The notes: generated by a model from the letters alone, not told the origin. 64,000 nt of DNA from Eledone cirrhosa (GCA_964016885.1 OZ024759.1:28954001-29018000); one strand, 5' to 3'; shown: positions 42,076 through 56,853, numbered from the stretch's first letter. Made by a program: numbers and translations.

Positions 42076-42532
42076 ATATATATATATATAAATATATATA
42101 AATAATAACATTGAAATATTGAATGTCTGCATAACTAATACTTTGTAGATAGCAGCTGTTTTCAGGTTATGTAACTGTTATAGAAACACGTGTCAATAAA
42201 TTCCTTTCAACTAAACTGTATCCATTCAAATCTTTCTATATATATATATATATGTATATTAATTTGGAATAAATCGTTTTCAAATACTAAAACGAATAAA
42301 AGTAGGCAAAGTTATTACAACTCAAAATATGAGATTTATTACATTAAACTACTCAGAAGGCTACCTCTACAAGATTTACTTGTAGGAATTCCTTGTTTCA
42401 AATGTTTAAATACACTCATAGAGCAAATATTACATTGAAAATAAGACCAAAGGCTGATAATTATATCATATTTTAAGAAGAAAAGTGCGCTAATTAAAAT
42501 ATGATGTAATATGATATGTTCTTATTTTCAAT

Positions 42533-42580
<48 letters not shown>

Positions 42581-42589
42581 ATTACCAGT

Positions 42590-42630
42590 CCGAGCTGAAG
42601 ATCCGCATAAGGTGAAACAATTGTTCTCGG
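42590..42630 (+). ncRNA. Minimal type I hammerhead in (TA)n-flanked element 42579-42728
   Basis: CCGAG CTGAAGA TCCGCATAAGGT GAAA CAATTG TT CTCGG; palindromic stem III ACAATTGT. Confidence 0.8.
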
Positions 42631-43120
42631 TATGGTGAACTAACTGTTGTGTTACTACTTCTACCAAACTCGTCACATGGACTGAGTGCTCTACCACTAC
42701 GGATATTACCTTCCAGTGTTCTACTTGTATATATATATATATATATATATAAACCTACAGTCAGTAGGCACCTCTAACAAAAATACACCCCCGTCCCACC
42801 ACCCCCACCCCATCCACACCACCCCTTTCGATGTAAAGTTATGTTGGTACCACAACATCCAGTCCGAAATAAATGAGGTCGTGTAGGTGTCACGACAAAA
42901 AAAACACACAGTCCACGCTGTAATGTGACCGTGTAGGCAACACGGTAAAAACCTCCCAGTTCCACACTGTAAATGTGGTTGGTGTTAGGAAGGGCATCCA
43001 GCCGTAGAAAACACGCCAGGCAGTCCTATACGAGTGAGACAACCAATCTTGCCTCAAGTGGGAAAACTCCCGTCCAAACCCATGAAAGCGTGGAAGATGG
43101 ACGTTAAACGATGATGATGA

Positions 43121-43197
<77 letters not shown>

Positions 43198-43459
43198 ACA
43201 AAGGTGTGGACGTTAGAAACCGTTCTATACAGATCACATTATTATATAAGAAACAGGTGGATTGGCAGTATCGGTAGCGGGTCGGACGCTATGCTTTGAC
43301 GCATAGAGTTACGGCCCTTGCCATTCTGAGTTCAAATCCTGCCGAGGTTAACTTTGCCTTTCATTCTTACGGGATCGATAAAATAAAGTACCAGTAATGG
43401 TCTGGGTAATTGCTGGCTTTGTGCCAAAAGTTGAAACAATTATTATATAAGAAACATTA

Positions 43460-43691
43460 TTTAAAAAAAAAGGGTTTGAAAGGCACACCTGGTATATGTA
43501 TTAAGGATCTTTATAACATGTACAAAGGTTGATGTTGAAAATTAATGTTTAACAAAGCCTGCTTTTTCCGTATTGGATTATCACAACATTTGTCATTAGG
43601 TTAAATTTAACCTAATAACACAAGTTTTGATAATCCAATACAGAGAAAGCAGGCTTTGCCAACATCAATTTTTGTACATGTTATAAAGATC

Positions 43692-43740
<49 letters not shown>

Positions 43741-43770
43741 AGGTGCCCTTTTCAAACCTATCTTTTTAAT
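43460..43770. mobile_element. Imperfect ~300 bp foldback element (MITE-like)
   Basis: Centre TTAGGTTAAATTTAACCTAA; GGTTTGAAAGGCACACCTGGTATA versus TACCAGGTGCCCTTTTCAAACC; no HHR core seen. Confidence 0.65.
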
Positions 43771-43949
43771 TTTCCTTATATATGTATTGGTTACGTAAGA
43801 CCCTGGCGGCATCATCAGGTACGGATTGTATAGTTAGTTAATCAATAAAGGAATTACGGAAAACGCAAACAGAGAATAAAAAATATATTTGATTCGGAGA
43901 TGGCCCGCGAATTCGGTGTTATTGTTGCGGCTGATCATGTCTCTCTCTC

Positions 43950-44402
43950 TAATGCATGTGAGCCTTGGCCAATAACTACAGATCTGGAAAGAAAGATACA
44001 TGCTGTGGAGGTGAGATGCTTCAGAAAGCTCCTTGAGATCACCTACAGAGACCCGCATCTCCAATGAAGAGGTGCTGCAAAACAGAATCTGGCAAGCCAT
44101 CGACCCCTACGAAGACCCGTTGACCATTGTAAAACAACACAAACTGAGCTGGTAGGGGCACGTGACAAGATCTTCAATGGCTTGTCAAGACTGTCCTGCA
44201 GGGAACAGTACAAGGAAGGAGGAAGGGAGGCAGACAGAGAATGAAATGGGAGGACATCTTGGAATGGACTCGCATGAAGCTAGGAGGGAAGCTGAGCCAT
44301 GAGGAGGACTGAGAGGCGAGGTGAATGGCAATAGCTGGTTGCCAGGTCATCAGTGGTGCCCCAGCAGTCCACCAGACTACCGAGCAGATGAGATGAGATG
44401 CG
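43950..44402 (+). pseudogene. RTE (BovB-like) LINE 3' fragment
   Basis: ACEPW....LERKIHAVEVRCFRKLLEITYRD..SNEEV..KLSW*GHVTR..KTVLQGTVQGRRKGGRQRMKWED; (GATGA)n tail. Confidence 0.85.
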
Positions 44403-45649
44403 ATATCCCTGTTATTTATCTCTCTACAATTCATAACTTTTTTCGTATATATTTGGCCACCCTCCCCTATATACAATATTAGTCTCTCTCTCTCCCCTGC
44501 GGTCTTTACCGTTTCCATTATCACTCTATCTGTCTATCTATCTATTTTTCGTTTCCCCCTCTTCTTAGATCGGCCCTTTTAATACTTACTACTTTTGCCG
44601 CCTATTCCTCCTTTATCCTCTCTCTCTCTCTCTTTAACCCTTTCATCTTTTCCCTCTCTCCACCTCCCTCTTTATGCTTCCTTCTTCCTCCTCTTGCCCT
44701 CTATCCTGTCTCCATCTCCCCCTCCCTCTCTACTCTACCCTACCTCATCATTTTCCTTGTATATTTAACTTTAAACACCCTCCTCTACAATTCTCCCTTA
44801 ACCTCCTCCTCTTACTGCTCCTCCATCATTACTCTACCTCCCTTCCCCTCTCTCATAAAAATCAACTTTTTACTCCCACTTTGCCCTCTCTCTCTTCTTA
44901 TACTCTTTCCCCCCTCTCTCTCTCTTACAACGTTTACTTTATTCCCACCACCATCACCACACCAAATACACCAACACCACCACAACAACACCATTACCAC
45001 ACCACCACCACATCATACCATCATCGCCACGCCAAATACACTAACACTACACCACCACATCAAATACACTAACACTACACCACCACTACCTCCACCACCT
45101 CCAACACCACATCAAATACACTAACACTACACCACCACTACCTCCACCACCTCCAACACCACATCAAATACACTAACACTACACCACCACTACCTCCACC
45201 ACCTCCAACACCACATCAAATACACTAACACTACACCACCACCACTATCACCCCAAATACTAACTACACCACCACCACCACTACGCTTGCATTCGTTGAT
45301 TCTAGTACATACATACATACAAACATACACACATACATATATTTTAACACACATTTTTACACACATACATACAGACATTTTTACACACATACATACACAT
45401 ATTTTCACACACATTTTTATACATTTTTACCTTCTAAAACCATCTCTTTCACACACACACACACACACATTTTCATTCTGGTTTTCTTTCTTCTTTTCCA
45501 CGTTTCGCTTCTTCCTCTCTTTCTCTTATTTATTCCGTATTTATATCGTAAACACACACACACACATACACACACATACACATACACATACTCACATGGT
45601 TTTAGACCCCCCCTCTCTCATTAACTTCTTTCTTTCATCTTTCATCGCA

Positions 45650-46190
45650 GGCACACACACTATCGCCGTTTCTTACTCGTACACATACACACACTACCAC
45701 TGTTTCTTTTTCACATACACACACAGACGATCACTGTTTCCTTCACATACACACATACACGCACTATCACTGTTTCTTTCACATACACACACACGCGATC
45801 ACTGTTTCTTTCACATACACACACTATCGCTGTTTCTTTCATACACACACATACACGCACTATCGCCGTTTCTTTCATACACACATACACGCACTATCGC
45901 TGTTTCTTTCATACACACACTATCGTTGTTTCCTTCACATACACGCACTATCACTGTTTCTTTCACATACACACACACGCGATCACTGTTTCTTTCACAT
46001 ACACACATACACGCACTATCACTGTTTCTTTCATACACACACTATCGTTGTTTCCTTCACATACACACATACACACATACATGCAATCACTTTCTTTCAT
46101 ATTCACGCACATATACACACACACGCGATCACTGTTTCTTTCATATACACATACACACACTATCGTTGTTTCTTTCACATACACATAAAC
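45650..46190. repeat. Degenerate minisatellite
   Basis: Recurrent CACTATCrCTGTTTCTTTCACATACAC. Confidence 0.8.
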
Positions 46191-46462
46191 ACACGTGCGT
46201 TAGGTTTACTGTTTCTCTGACACACACACGTTTCTCTGTTGTTTACACTTTGCTTTCATCACACACACACACACATATATATATATATACACAGACATAT
46301 ACACTCACACACATATATATATATACACACACACATATATATATATACACAGACATATACACTCACACACACACACACATATATATATATATAAACATAT
46401 ACACACACATATACACTCACACACACACACATATATATATATATATAAACATATACACACCC

Positions 46463-46503
<41 letters not shown>

Positions 46504-46964
46504 CACATATACATATACTCTCACAGACACACACACATATATATATATACATACACTCTCACACACATCTATCTATCTATATATATATATATATATACAC
46601 ACAGACATATACTCTCACACACATACACACATATACTCACATATTTATATATATATATATATATAAACATACATACACATATATATATATATGCACACAA
46701 ACATATATACTCAGCAATATATATATATATATATATACACGTTTCTCATTTATTCCTTATGTACCCTCCCCCTCTTTTTTACCTTCTCCCACTTCAACTA
46801 CCCCTCACTGCCTCCTCCTTCTCCTCATTTGCTTCTATGTTATTGCTCTCTCTTTCTCCCTTTCCTCCCTCCCTTCCTTCTCTACACTTCTATTTCCTCC
46901 TTCTTCTCCTCCTCCATCACATCACCGCCACCTACCATCTATTGGTATGTATTACTCACACCCC

Positions 46965-46996
<32 letters not shown>

Positions 46997-48868
46997 AATG
47001 TACATATACACATACTAAGATAGACACACACACACATACATACACTCACTCACACTGACATTCACATATACATACTTTCATACTCATACCTACACAGCTA
47101 TATACTAACACATATGCACATACACACACACCTACACAGCCTTCCTGCCTTACCTACCCACCTTACCAACCATCCCACCCCCCGATCTATTAGTCTGGCT
47201 AGTTTGGTAGGTTGGATCAGTTTGTGGTGCCCGTTTCTATTTTTTATCAATTCCTGTGTGTTTCTTTTTTTTTTTTTTAAAGCTGTGCTTCTCTTAAACA
47301 TTGTTTTGTTTTGTTTATTATCAATTCTACACACACACATATATATATATATACACCTAGCAGTTGTGTGTGTATGTGTGTGTGCTACAAGTCCCGCTTA
47401 CAGTTGGAGAGAGAGACGGACTCCGGAAAGGAAGACGCTTTTAAAACTACTTCGAAAAAGAAAACAAACAAAGCGCGCACCTATCTAGAAATATAATTAA
47501 GGCTTCTTAATTCTCATATTTAATCACCAACATCACCATCCTGCCAGTTTCATTAATTAAACACACATAATTACGTAACTTTTCAAAATATGGATTATTT
47601 CTACGAAATTTAATTAACTTGACGTTGGATATTATTACTGTTTAATTTATAAAGAAAGGAAGAGAGAAGACCGTATACTTGGCCTCACAAAAAATCGTTT
47701 TTCTTTCACAGCTTTCTCTTGAAATAAAAGATAACCTGTGTCTTTTATTTACGGAAAAAACAACAAAACAACAACACATCTCCCTCGTCTAATCAGGTAC
47801 ATGTAATATATATTACATGATTATTTTTTAAGATTTATTTAATCAAGCCAAGATTAAACATTAATTATCGTTATCAACATTATCACTTTGTTATTTGAAA
47901 ACAACGGCGGTAAGATTGCCTTACGCCAGCCTATATTAGTATTATTATTATTGATATTATTATAATTATAATTATAATTATGATTGCTATTATTATTACT
48001 GTAATGTAATTAAACTCTAAAGCGAGGGATGATTTCCATGGAATATATATACAACACACACACGCACAGAGATAAACGGAAGGGACTTGTGAAAAGAAAG
48101 ATAAAGTTTAAGTAGACTTAAACAAATAGGAAAACAGCAGAGACTCCTCGCAAATCACACACAGACAGGAAAAGAACGAGCGAGATATACACGGGCTCTT
48201 GGCCAGTTTTTCCCAGTCTCTACGGGTAATTTTAATTTACTCAAGGGAAATATATTTCAAATATATATCTATATAAAGGAGGATTTATCATTGTAACTAA
48301 TATATATATATATTTATTTATTTATATATATATATATGTATACATATTTTATCATCTTATCAGGACGGACTTAAAATCTTGACTTTTACTTTAAAATCAT
48401 TTTTGGATACACGCTTATTTGAAGACCGTCTTTTACAATCAGGTAAAGTATTGTTTGTATTATATATTTAAATATTTCCTGTTTCTAAAAGAAAGGTAGC
48501 AGAAAAAAACAATTGATTTATTAATTGAATCTAATTGTAATTAATTATTTATTTACGGTATAGTTCGTAACTGTTGAAACTTTGTATTTATATATTTAAA
48601 ATTTCGATGCATGATATATGTATATATATCTATATATATAATATAGTGTATATATATATATATATATAATTTATAATTTATATATATATTAGTATTAAGA
48701 TGCATCGAAATTTTAAAAATATAAGTATAATATATATATATATATTATACATTTCTATGCATACTTTATTTGTGTATATATATATATGTATACTGTTCTA
48801 TATGTATGATGTGTGTGTGAGTGGTGTATGTTGCATATCTGTGTATTGTTGTGTCTGGGTTTCTTGCC

Positions 48869-49060
48869 TGAGAGTATGTGTGTGTATGGTGTGTGTGCAA
48901 CAGGTTTATGTGTGTGTGAGAGTATGTATGTTTATGGTGTGTGTGCAACAGGTTTATGTGTGTGTGAGAGTATGTATGTTTATGGTGTGTGTGCAACAGG
49001 TTTATGTGTGTGTGAGAGTATGTATGTTTATGGTGTGTGTGCAACAGGTTTATGTGTGTG
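48869..49060. repeat. 49-bp tandem repeat x4
   Basis: GAGAGTATGTATGTTTATGGTGTGTGTGCAACAGGTTTATGTGTGTGT. Confidence 0.85.
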
Positions 49061-50429
49061 AACAGATTTTTTACGGCTTTCTGTTTAAGAAAAGACATGA
49101 GGCTTTGTTTAAATTATATATCGTTATTAAGACAAACACACTCACATGTATGTATGTATATATATATATCCTACCTGTATCATTTTTTTTTTTCCATTTT
49201 CAAATCTTAGAGTTAATTTATAATGTACAATATATATATATCTATATATATATATTGTACAATATATATATAGATATATAATTACTTACGAAAAAGGCTT
49301 ATCGATACCTTAATCGTGAAATTAACATCGTTTATACACAGATAACTATATGTATATATATATATATATATATATAGTTATATATGTGTATGTATAAACG
49401 ATGTTAATTTCATATAATTGAATACACATGATGTACATTTCATTTTGTGGCGGTTTTCATTTCTCGTCCACTTGATAAAGGGAGCAACATAAACGACACA
49501 ACTATCATTTATATGTGTGGAGCCCTTTCACCTGTATAAGGAACTAACTTTGCAGTGTACTGGGAGTCGGAGAGGTGAAAAACTTCCGACCCTGTCTGTT
49601 GAATCTTATCGGAATACAGACAAAATTACATCCGGACAGTCCCCTATTCTCATGTACAAATCTGACAAACTTCTCCCGTTACTGGACAAAACCCTCAACT
49701 ACCGTTTAAAAACTTCAACTGTTATCAGAAAAATCTTTCTTTTACCGAACAAAAAACCTTACATAGTAAATAAATAAATAAAATAGTTAAAAAATGAAAC
49801 GAAACCTATTTAGTTTTTAAATATGAAATGTATTTTACCTGATGAAGTATAAAACTAAAATTTATATATTTAAATTCTGTATTGTTTTACTGTATGGAGT
49901 TTTTGAACCAAACTTCTCAACTCGTGTGGCTCAATAATAATAATAATGGTTTCTGATTTAGGCACAAAGCCAGCAATTTTTGGGGAAGGGGAAAGTTGAT
50001 TAAATCGACCCCAGTGCATAACTGGTACTTTATTTTATCGACCCCGTAAGGATGAATGGCGAAGCTACTAACATCGGCGGGATTTGAACTCAGAACTTCT
50101 ATATGCCGCAAAGCATGTCCGACGCTCTACCAATACTGCTAATCTATAATAATAATAATAATAATAATGGTTTCTCATATAGGCACAAGACCAGCAATTT
50201 TTTTTTTGGGGGGGAAGTGGATTAAATTGACACCAGTGCATTACTGGCGCTTTATTTTATCGACCCTGTAAGGACGAAAGGCGGGATTTGAGATCAGAAT
50301 GTAAAAAGCCTGTTGCAAATGCCACAAAGCATGTTGTTCGATGCTCTACCACCTGCCAATTCACGTTATGATATCCAGCAAAGTGAAAGAATATTCATAG
50401 ATACCCTCATTCGTCATTTATTAGAAATA

Positions 50430-50960
50430 TAAGCCTAAGATGTTTAAGGAAGTTCACTGGAAATATAAGCCTTCAGATTTGATCTGAAAGCTGACACAGA
50501 TTGGACAGTTTGTACAGAGGAAGCTCATCCCAGAGAGCTGGAGATGACTTACAGAAGAGCCCAGTCCTGATCCCCACAGTTCTTTCATACTAGTACTTGG
50601 TACAGTGAGAAGTCCATTCCAGAGAGCTGGGGCTGGCATACAGAAGGGCTCAGCCTTGATCACCACAGTCCTTCATACTAGTACTTTACTTGATACCGTG
50701 ACAAATCCATCGCAGAGAACTGGAGTTGACTTACAGAATGACTCAGCCCTTATAACCACATCCTTCATACTAGTACTTGATACCATGGACGAATCCATCC
50801 CAGAGAACTGGAGCTGACTTACAGAATGGCCCAGCCCTGACAATCATAGCTTTTCATTCTCCAAGTACAGCTTTGAATGTCAGCAGGATATTAAATATTA
50901 TCCGGGCTTTTACAGGAAGCCAGTGTAGAGCCCTAAATATGCTCAGAAATGTGTTTCTGT
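50430..50960 (-). pseudogene. L2-clade LINE 3' fragment with internal repeats
   Basis: Minus strand RALHWLPVKARIIFNIL..FKA and FCMPAPALWNGL; ~90-100 bp segment repeated 3-4 times at 50525-50840. Confidence 0.7.
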
Positions 50961-51404
50961 TTCTTTCTCCTTAACAATTATTTATAGTTCTGGTATTCTG
51001 GTAAAAATGAGTTTTACCTATAATTGAATAGTGGTGGTGCTTCGTAGTACCCCTTGATTCGATCAACGGTACAGCCTGTCCCTGAAGTTAACTTGCAAAG
51101 TAACTACCAATTCCACAGATACGTGCACTATTATCGTAGATCTCAGGGAGATCCAGCATGACATAGCGTATATCACGGTTGGTCATTTGTAATTATTGGT
51201 ACAATTCATTTTTGCCAACTGAGTGGACTGGAGCAATTTTAAGGTGTTCGACCCAGAATCGTAAGGTTGTGATTTCCATTTTCGACATCACGTATCCTTG
51301 AGCAAGACACTTTATTTTACTATGGCTTGTCCACTCAGCTTGCAAAAATGTCAACAACACGTTTTTCTCCCTCGTCAGACGGTCGGTGGGAAATAGAGGT
51401 CATT

Positions 51405-51802
51405 ATTTAGTTGGTGGTAGATTGGCAGTATAGGTAGAGGGTCGGACGGCATGCTTTGCAATATAGAGTTACGGTCCTTTACGTTCTGAGTTCAAATCCC
51501 GCCGAGGTTGACTTTGCCTTTCATCCTTACGGGGTCGATAAAATAAAGTACCAGTAATGCACTGGTAATTGCTGGCCTTGTGCCTAAAGTAGAAACAATT
51601 ATTTAGTTGGTGGTAGATTGGCAGTATAGGTAGAGGGTCGGACGCCATGCTTTGCAATATAGAGTTACGGTCCTTTACGTTCTGAGTTCAAATCCCACCG
51701 AGGTTAACTTTGCCTTTCATCTTTACGGGGTCGATAAAATAAAGTACCAGTAATGTACTGGGTAATTGCTGGCCTTGTGCCAAAAGTAGAAACAATTATT
51801 TA
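51405..51802 (+). mobile_element. Near-identical tandem dimer of SINE family A
   Basis: Two ~196 bp copies, each starting ATTTAGTTGGTGGTAGATTGGCAGTATAGG. Confidence 0.9.
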
Positions 51803-51900
51803 GTTATTTGGTCGAGTAGTCAGAAGTGTGTGTGCAGTCATGCAGAGTCGGGGTTAGAATGAATTACATTATAGGCATATAATTTCATTATATATATATA

Positions 51901-51938
51901 CTAGCAGAAAAACCACCCTTCGGGTGGTTTTCTACTAG
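51901..51938. mobile_element. CTAG-bounded hairpin (Helitron-end-like)
   Basis: CTAGCAGAAAAACCACCC-TTC-GGGTGGTTTTCTACTAG next to (TA)n. Confidence 0.45.
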
Positions 51939-52400
51939 CATGTGTAGTGTGTATATTGATATTATACGCAGGTATATATACATGTAGATATGATACATCA
52001 AATAAAATCGTAATTGACAATATACACAGAAATTGAACGAAGACTGCGTTACACTGTCTTATGTAATCAGTAACGTAATCCATGATACATTAAAAAAAGA
52101 CGATATTATATATAAACTGCATTAGGAGAAAAATAGTATGTTTATTTAAGCGATCGCCACTGGAAGTGTTGACATCACACACTCTCTCTTTCTATATAAA
52201 TGGTAGTTGAAGTGGTGGTGGTGGCGACGATATAGCGGAAGTGCAACTTTGAAAAGAAGTCAATTTTAAATTATTTATTTTTACGAAATTTAGTAGATAA
52301 ATTATGTAATATTCATTCATTATTTATTCAAAGTAATCCAACTTATTTTACTATCGGGGTAAAAATAAACCGTACGCAGTCCTGTAGACCTTCCTTTATT

Positions 52401-52431
<31 letters not shown>

Positions 52432-52500
52432 GATGATGATGTTTGTTTTTGAAATGCGCATAATAAAATACATGGAACTCCTTTAACCATCTTTTGATCT

Positions 52501-52560
<60 letters not shown>

Positions 52561-52635
52561 TATAATATTCAGTGAATTACTATATTTGTCAGATCGATCG
52601 TCAATCCGAAAAGCAAATCGATAACTTCTATGGGT

Positions 52636-52674
52636 GACCTGAGCCAATCCACTGCGAAACGCGCGTAACAGGTC
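52636..52674 (+). ncRNA. Hammerhead remnant with deleted core
   Basis: GACCTG AGCCAATCCACTGC GAAA CGCGCG TA ACAGGTC; stems I and III present, CUGANGA largely missing. Confidence 0.45.
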
Positions 52675-52731
52675 GATACACAATAACAAATCTAGATACA
52701 TGTAAACGAAACTTCATCGTTCTTATTAATA

Positions 52732-52774
<43 letters not shown>

Positions 52775-54351
52775 TGCAAAGAGAGCAATGAAAGCCAAGG
52801 AAAACAAACACGAGAAGAAACGAGGGTAGGAGAGAAGTTAGGAAACGCAGAGAGAGATTTTTTTTTAAATGGATGTAAGAGGGGTCAAAATGCAGTGGAA
52901 AAAAGTGTAGAGATGTATTTATGCCTGTACGAGGGTGTATGTATATAGTAGTGTTATTTATTTATTTGTGGAACAATGTAAAACAAAATGAAGTAGAGCT
53001 CAGAAGTCGAGACAGGCAACACGGTGTTTTCCTAATCTTTCTCGTGACCCCTAATTTCACATCACACATAACTCCCGCCTAATCCCGCGTCCGATCCTTA
53101 AAACATATATCTAAAGTATTGATCCTAATAGTGGAAAGGAAACCCCATTTTGTTGTGCCCTATACTGACAATTTCACATATATATAAAAATGCAGTTTAT
53201 ATTATGGGTTTAACGTGCCATCAAATGTATCTGTGTAACTATATGAAACCAGTGGTACAGTATAATCATGTTCTGGTAAATAATACAAGGGCGGCAATTC
53301 GGAGGAAAGGGAAAGTTGATTAAATCGACCCCAATACTTAACTGGTACTGTATTTTATCGACTCCGTAAGGATGAAAGGCAAAGCTGACCTTGGCGGGAC
53401 TTAAACTCAGAATGTAGAAAGTCATAACTAAATGTCGCTAAGAATTCTGTTCGATGCTCTCCCGATTCAACCAAATTCCACTGCCCTTATGGTGAATAAT
53501 GGAGATGGGTTTTGTTTTCTTAACACCTTTGTTACCACCATATTTTTAATGACACTGCTTAAGATTTTCAAATAATCAAGAACATTGTGGGATTTAGTAA
53601 TATAACTAAACTTCTCATTATTCAACTGGTGTTTGGAACATAACTTAAGAAAGGCTTTTACATAAAATTATGATGGAAGGTTTTATTTTAGATAAATATG
53701 AACATTTTTAAAATAAACAGCTTTGTATTGGAGAGCCAGAGTCAGCGTCAGGCGGTTTGATATAAAAAAAAAGTTAAGCTGGGAACAAAACTTAAGAAAG
53801 GTTTTTACATGAAATTATGATGGAAGGTTTTTAGATAAAATATAAATAGGGGTAGTTTTGGGCGATTTGGTATTATATGGGTTAATAGAATATTTAATTA
53901 TGAAATTGAGAAAACATACACATACATACACACACATACATATAGGTTGAAAGAGGGGATGTGTAGGTGGGTGGGAAACAAAATACGGTATTGGTGGAGT
54001 GGTGTAGGCATAACTAGAAGTTCATGCTGTCAAAACTTTATTTAATAATAACAACAACAGCAACAACAACAATAATATTAATAAATTATTATTACTATTT
54101 GCTGATTCTATATACTTTTAACGACTGAGACACTGGGTGGGGGGCGGTGTTTGTCTTAGCACAGACACACCACCACCATCTTTTATAGTTTAGTGTGTGT
54201 GTATGTATATATATATATATATCTCAGAGCACAGACACACCACCGTGATTACAATCATCGCCGCCACAGTCTCTATTGTGGTTATATCAAGTTATTTACT
54301 TCCTGGCTTTACCAGCGGGAAATGTTATAACATTAATTAGTATCCTATGGG

Positions 54352-54408
<57 letters not shown>

Positions 54409-54962
54409 AGTAGAGCAAGCTAAACGACTATAATTTTACTTACAACGACAGTGTGTAGAAAAACGGTTCATAGGGGGAACACATACATACACTCACACAC
54501 ACACACATATATGTATGTGTGTGTGTGTATATAATATATTTGTTTATATATGTACATATATATATATCAGGTATAATGAAGCTGAAGCTGCAGTAAGGCA
54601 GACACCGGTCGAATTATCTGAGGCAGTCCCTCAGCACTCAATGATGCGAGAAATGAATCTATTCCACCATCAAAGTAAACACATTAAGTTATATGAGGGA
54701 GACACAATGAATAATATATAGACCAGGTGTATATAGATATAGTATATAACAACGACGAATACCAATATATATATATAGATTAGAGCAAACATCATGGGCG
54801 CTCTATCTCAAAATTATTTTTGAAAAGCATTAGAAATGCGCAACCCGTAAAAACTTAAAACCAAAACTGAATACTAACCAATACTTATTAATAATTTTTA
54901 CTTATTCCTAATTAAACTATTTTTCACTGGGAACAATTTGTCAGCATTTTCTTTTCCTTTTA

Positions 54963-55012
<50 letters not shown>

Positions 55013-55023
55013 TAACAGATTAA

Positions 55024-55074
55024 AGTTTAAGCAAAGAATCGCTGCTTTCACCCTTAACGGGATCTTCTGAAACT
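55024..55074 (-). ncRNA. Hammerhead-like motif, U4A variant
   Basis: Reverse complement of the 35175-35225 family. Confidence 0.65.
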
Positions 55075-55524
55075 AACAAAGTCAATCTGTAAACGCAGAA
55101 GTGGATATTTAAATAAACGTTGCAACCGGAGGAAGACAGGAAGACGATACTTCGGTTCGTGGAAACGTTCCCTGGCAAAGAACGGGAAAAAACGAATATA
55201 ATACGTCATTAATAGGAGCGGTGAAAAACAATTACGCGCAAAGACAGAACCACGTTTATGGTATAAAAGAGGTCGTAGACTAATGTTCTCTTAGGTGGTT
55301 CATAGAGACGTTCTCTGGCAATAAACGAAAAAAACGAAGATAATACGTCATATGTGGAGCGTGGAGAGCAATTGCACGCAAAGACAAAACCACGTAAATG
55401 GTATAGCAGAAGTCGTAGACTAAAATTCTAACTAGGAGACCGAATGAATCTCCGCTACAGAGTTAAGAATAAAGTAAATAAATACAATACAGAGGTAATA
55501 GAAATTAAATAAATACATACACGC

Positions 55525-55577
<53 letters not shown>

Positions 55578-55581
<4 letters not shown>

Positions 55582-55800
55582 GAACACTGGAAGGTAATAT
55601 CCGTAGTGGTAGAGCACTCAGACCATGGGACGAGTTTGGTAGAAGTAGTAACACACACAACAGTTACTTCACCATACCGAGAACAATTGTTTCACCTTAA
55701 CGGATCTTCAGCTCAACCATGACCAGTACGAGCTGAAGATCCGCTAAGGTGAAACAATTGTTCTCGGTATGGCGAACTAACTGTTCTGTTACCACCTCTC
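55578..55800. mobile_element. Palindromic element with two minimal hammerheads
   Basis: HHR on minus at 55677-55714 and on plus at 55729-55767 (CGAG CTGAAGA TCCGCTAAGGT GAAA CAATTG TT CTCG); left arm carries the tail. Confidence 0.85.
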
Positions 55801-55854
55801 TATATATATATAGATTAACACTATTTCATAGTTTAATTATCATTTTATAATATA

Positions 55855-55890
<36 letters not shown>

Positions 55891-55893
<3 letters not shown>

Positions 55894-56014
55894 ATAATTG
55901 TTTCTACTTTAGGCACAAGGCCAGCAATTATCCAGTGCATTACTGGTACTTTATTTTATCGACCCCGTAAGGATGAAAGGCAAAGTCAACCTCGCCTTTC
56001 ATCCTTACGGGGTC

Positions 56015-56015
<1 letters not shown>
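55891..56015. mobile_element. SINE-A 3' part with terminal inversion, in (TA)n
   Basis: CGACCCCGTAAGGATGAAAGGC-aaagtcaacctc-GCCTTTCATCCTTACGGGGTCG. Confidence 0.8.
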
Positions 56016-56048
<33 letters not shown>

Positions 56049-56452
56049 ATAATAATAAAATTGAAGACTAAAATCCAAAGAGGGCTCGATAAGGAAAATA
56101 TATATCATATATAAGAACCGTAGAGCAAATATTTATTAAAATAACAGATTAAAGTTAAAGATATATATATATAATAAGGGTTGACGGACCCAGCATATTT
56201 ATCAATGCCAGTACCGGTTGTATCTCAGCGCACTCAATGGCAATGTAAGATACATTACCAGAGTATACACATAGTTATTTGCCTCAACACAACACACGTA
56301 AAACGGGTGCCTATAAGGTTCCCGGACTCGAGTTTCTGCCGCATATATATATATATATATTAATTATTCTAATACTAAATCTTTGAGAGAATAATCTCTC
56401 AAAGAAGCAATATTATATAACAATTGAGAAAAAACTCTTTCATATATATATA

Positions 56453-56853
56453 AGCAAAGGGATATTTAATTTGTTGGTAATTCAACAAATATATTTATAA
56501 CAGATTCGAAGAACGCGACAGGTTTTCTGGAGTATAATATCAATGATATTAATAAAGGGAAACTATATTTATAAACCATATTTATTCTATTATATATATT
56601 TCAAGGGTACCAAAACTTTGGTACGCTCTCATCAGATAAAATACAAAGTTTGTTTTATAAATAGTGACATACCCAGGAATCAGACCTTAACGGAACTTAA
56701 ACCGTTAAAGTCTGATTCCTGGGTGTCACTATTTAGAAAACAAACTTTGTATTTTATCTGATGAGGGCGTACCAAAGTTTTGGTACCCTTGAAATATATA
56801 TAATAGAATAAATATGGTTTCATAAATATAGTTTCCATTTATTAATACCATTG
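56453..56853. mobile_element. Palindromic element with two intact hammerheads (family of 41203)
   Basis: HHR on minus at 56583-56643 and on plus at 56750-56810 (TATTTTAT CTGATGA GGGCGTACCAAA-gt-TTTGGTACCCTT GAAA TATATA TA ATAGAATA). Confidence 0.85.

Noticed and set aside
45287-46666. 459-aa His/Thr/Tyr/Ile-rich ORF and the many similar YI/HT/CV ORFs
   Set aside because: Translations of dinucleotide microsatellites
49832-49875. CTGATGA AGTATAAAACT AAAA as a hammerhead
   Set aside because: GAAA is mutated and the stems are unconvincing in AT-rich sequence; at best a decayed copy
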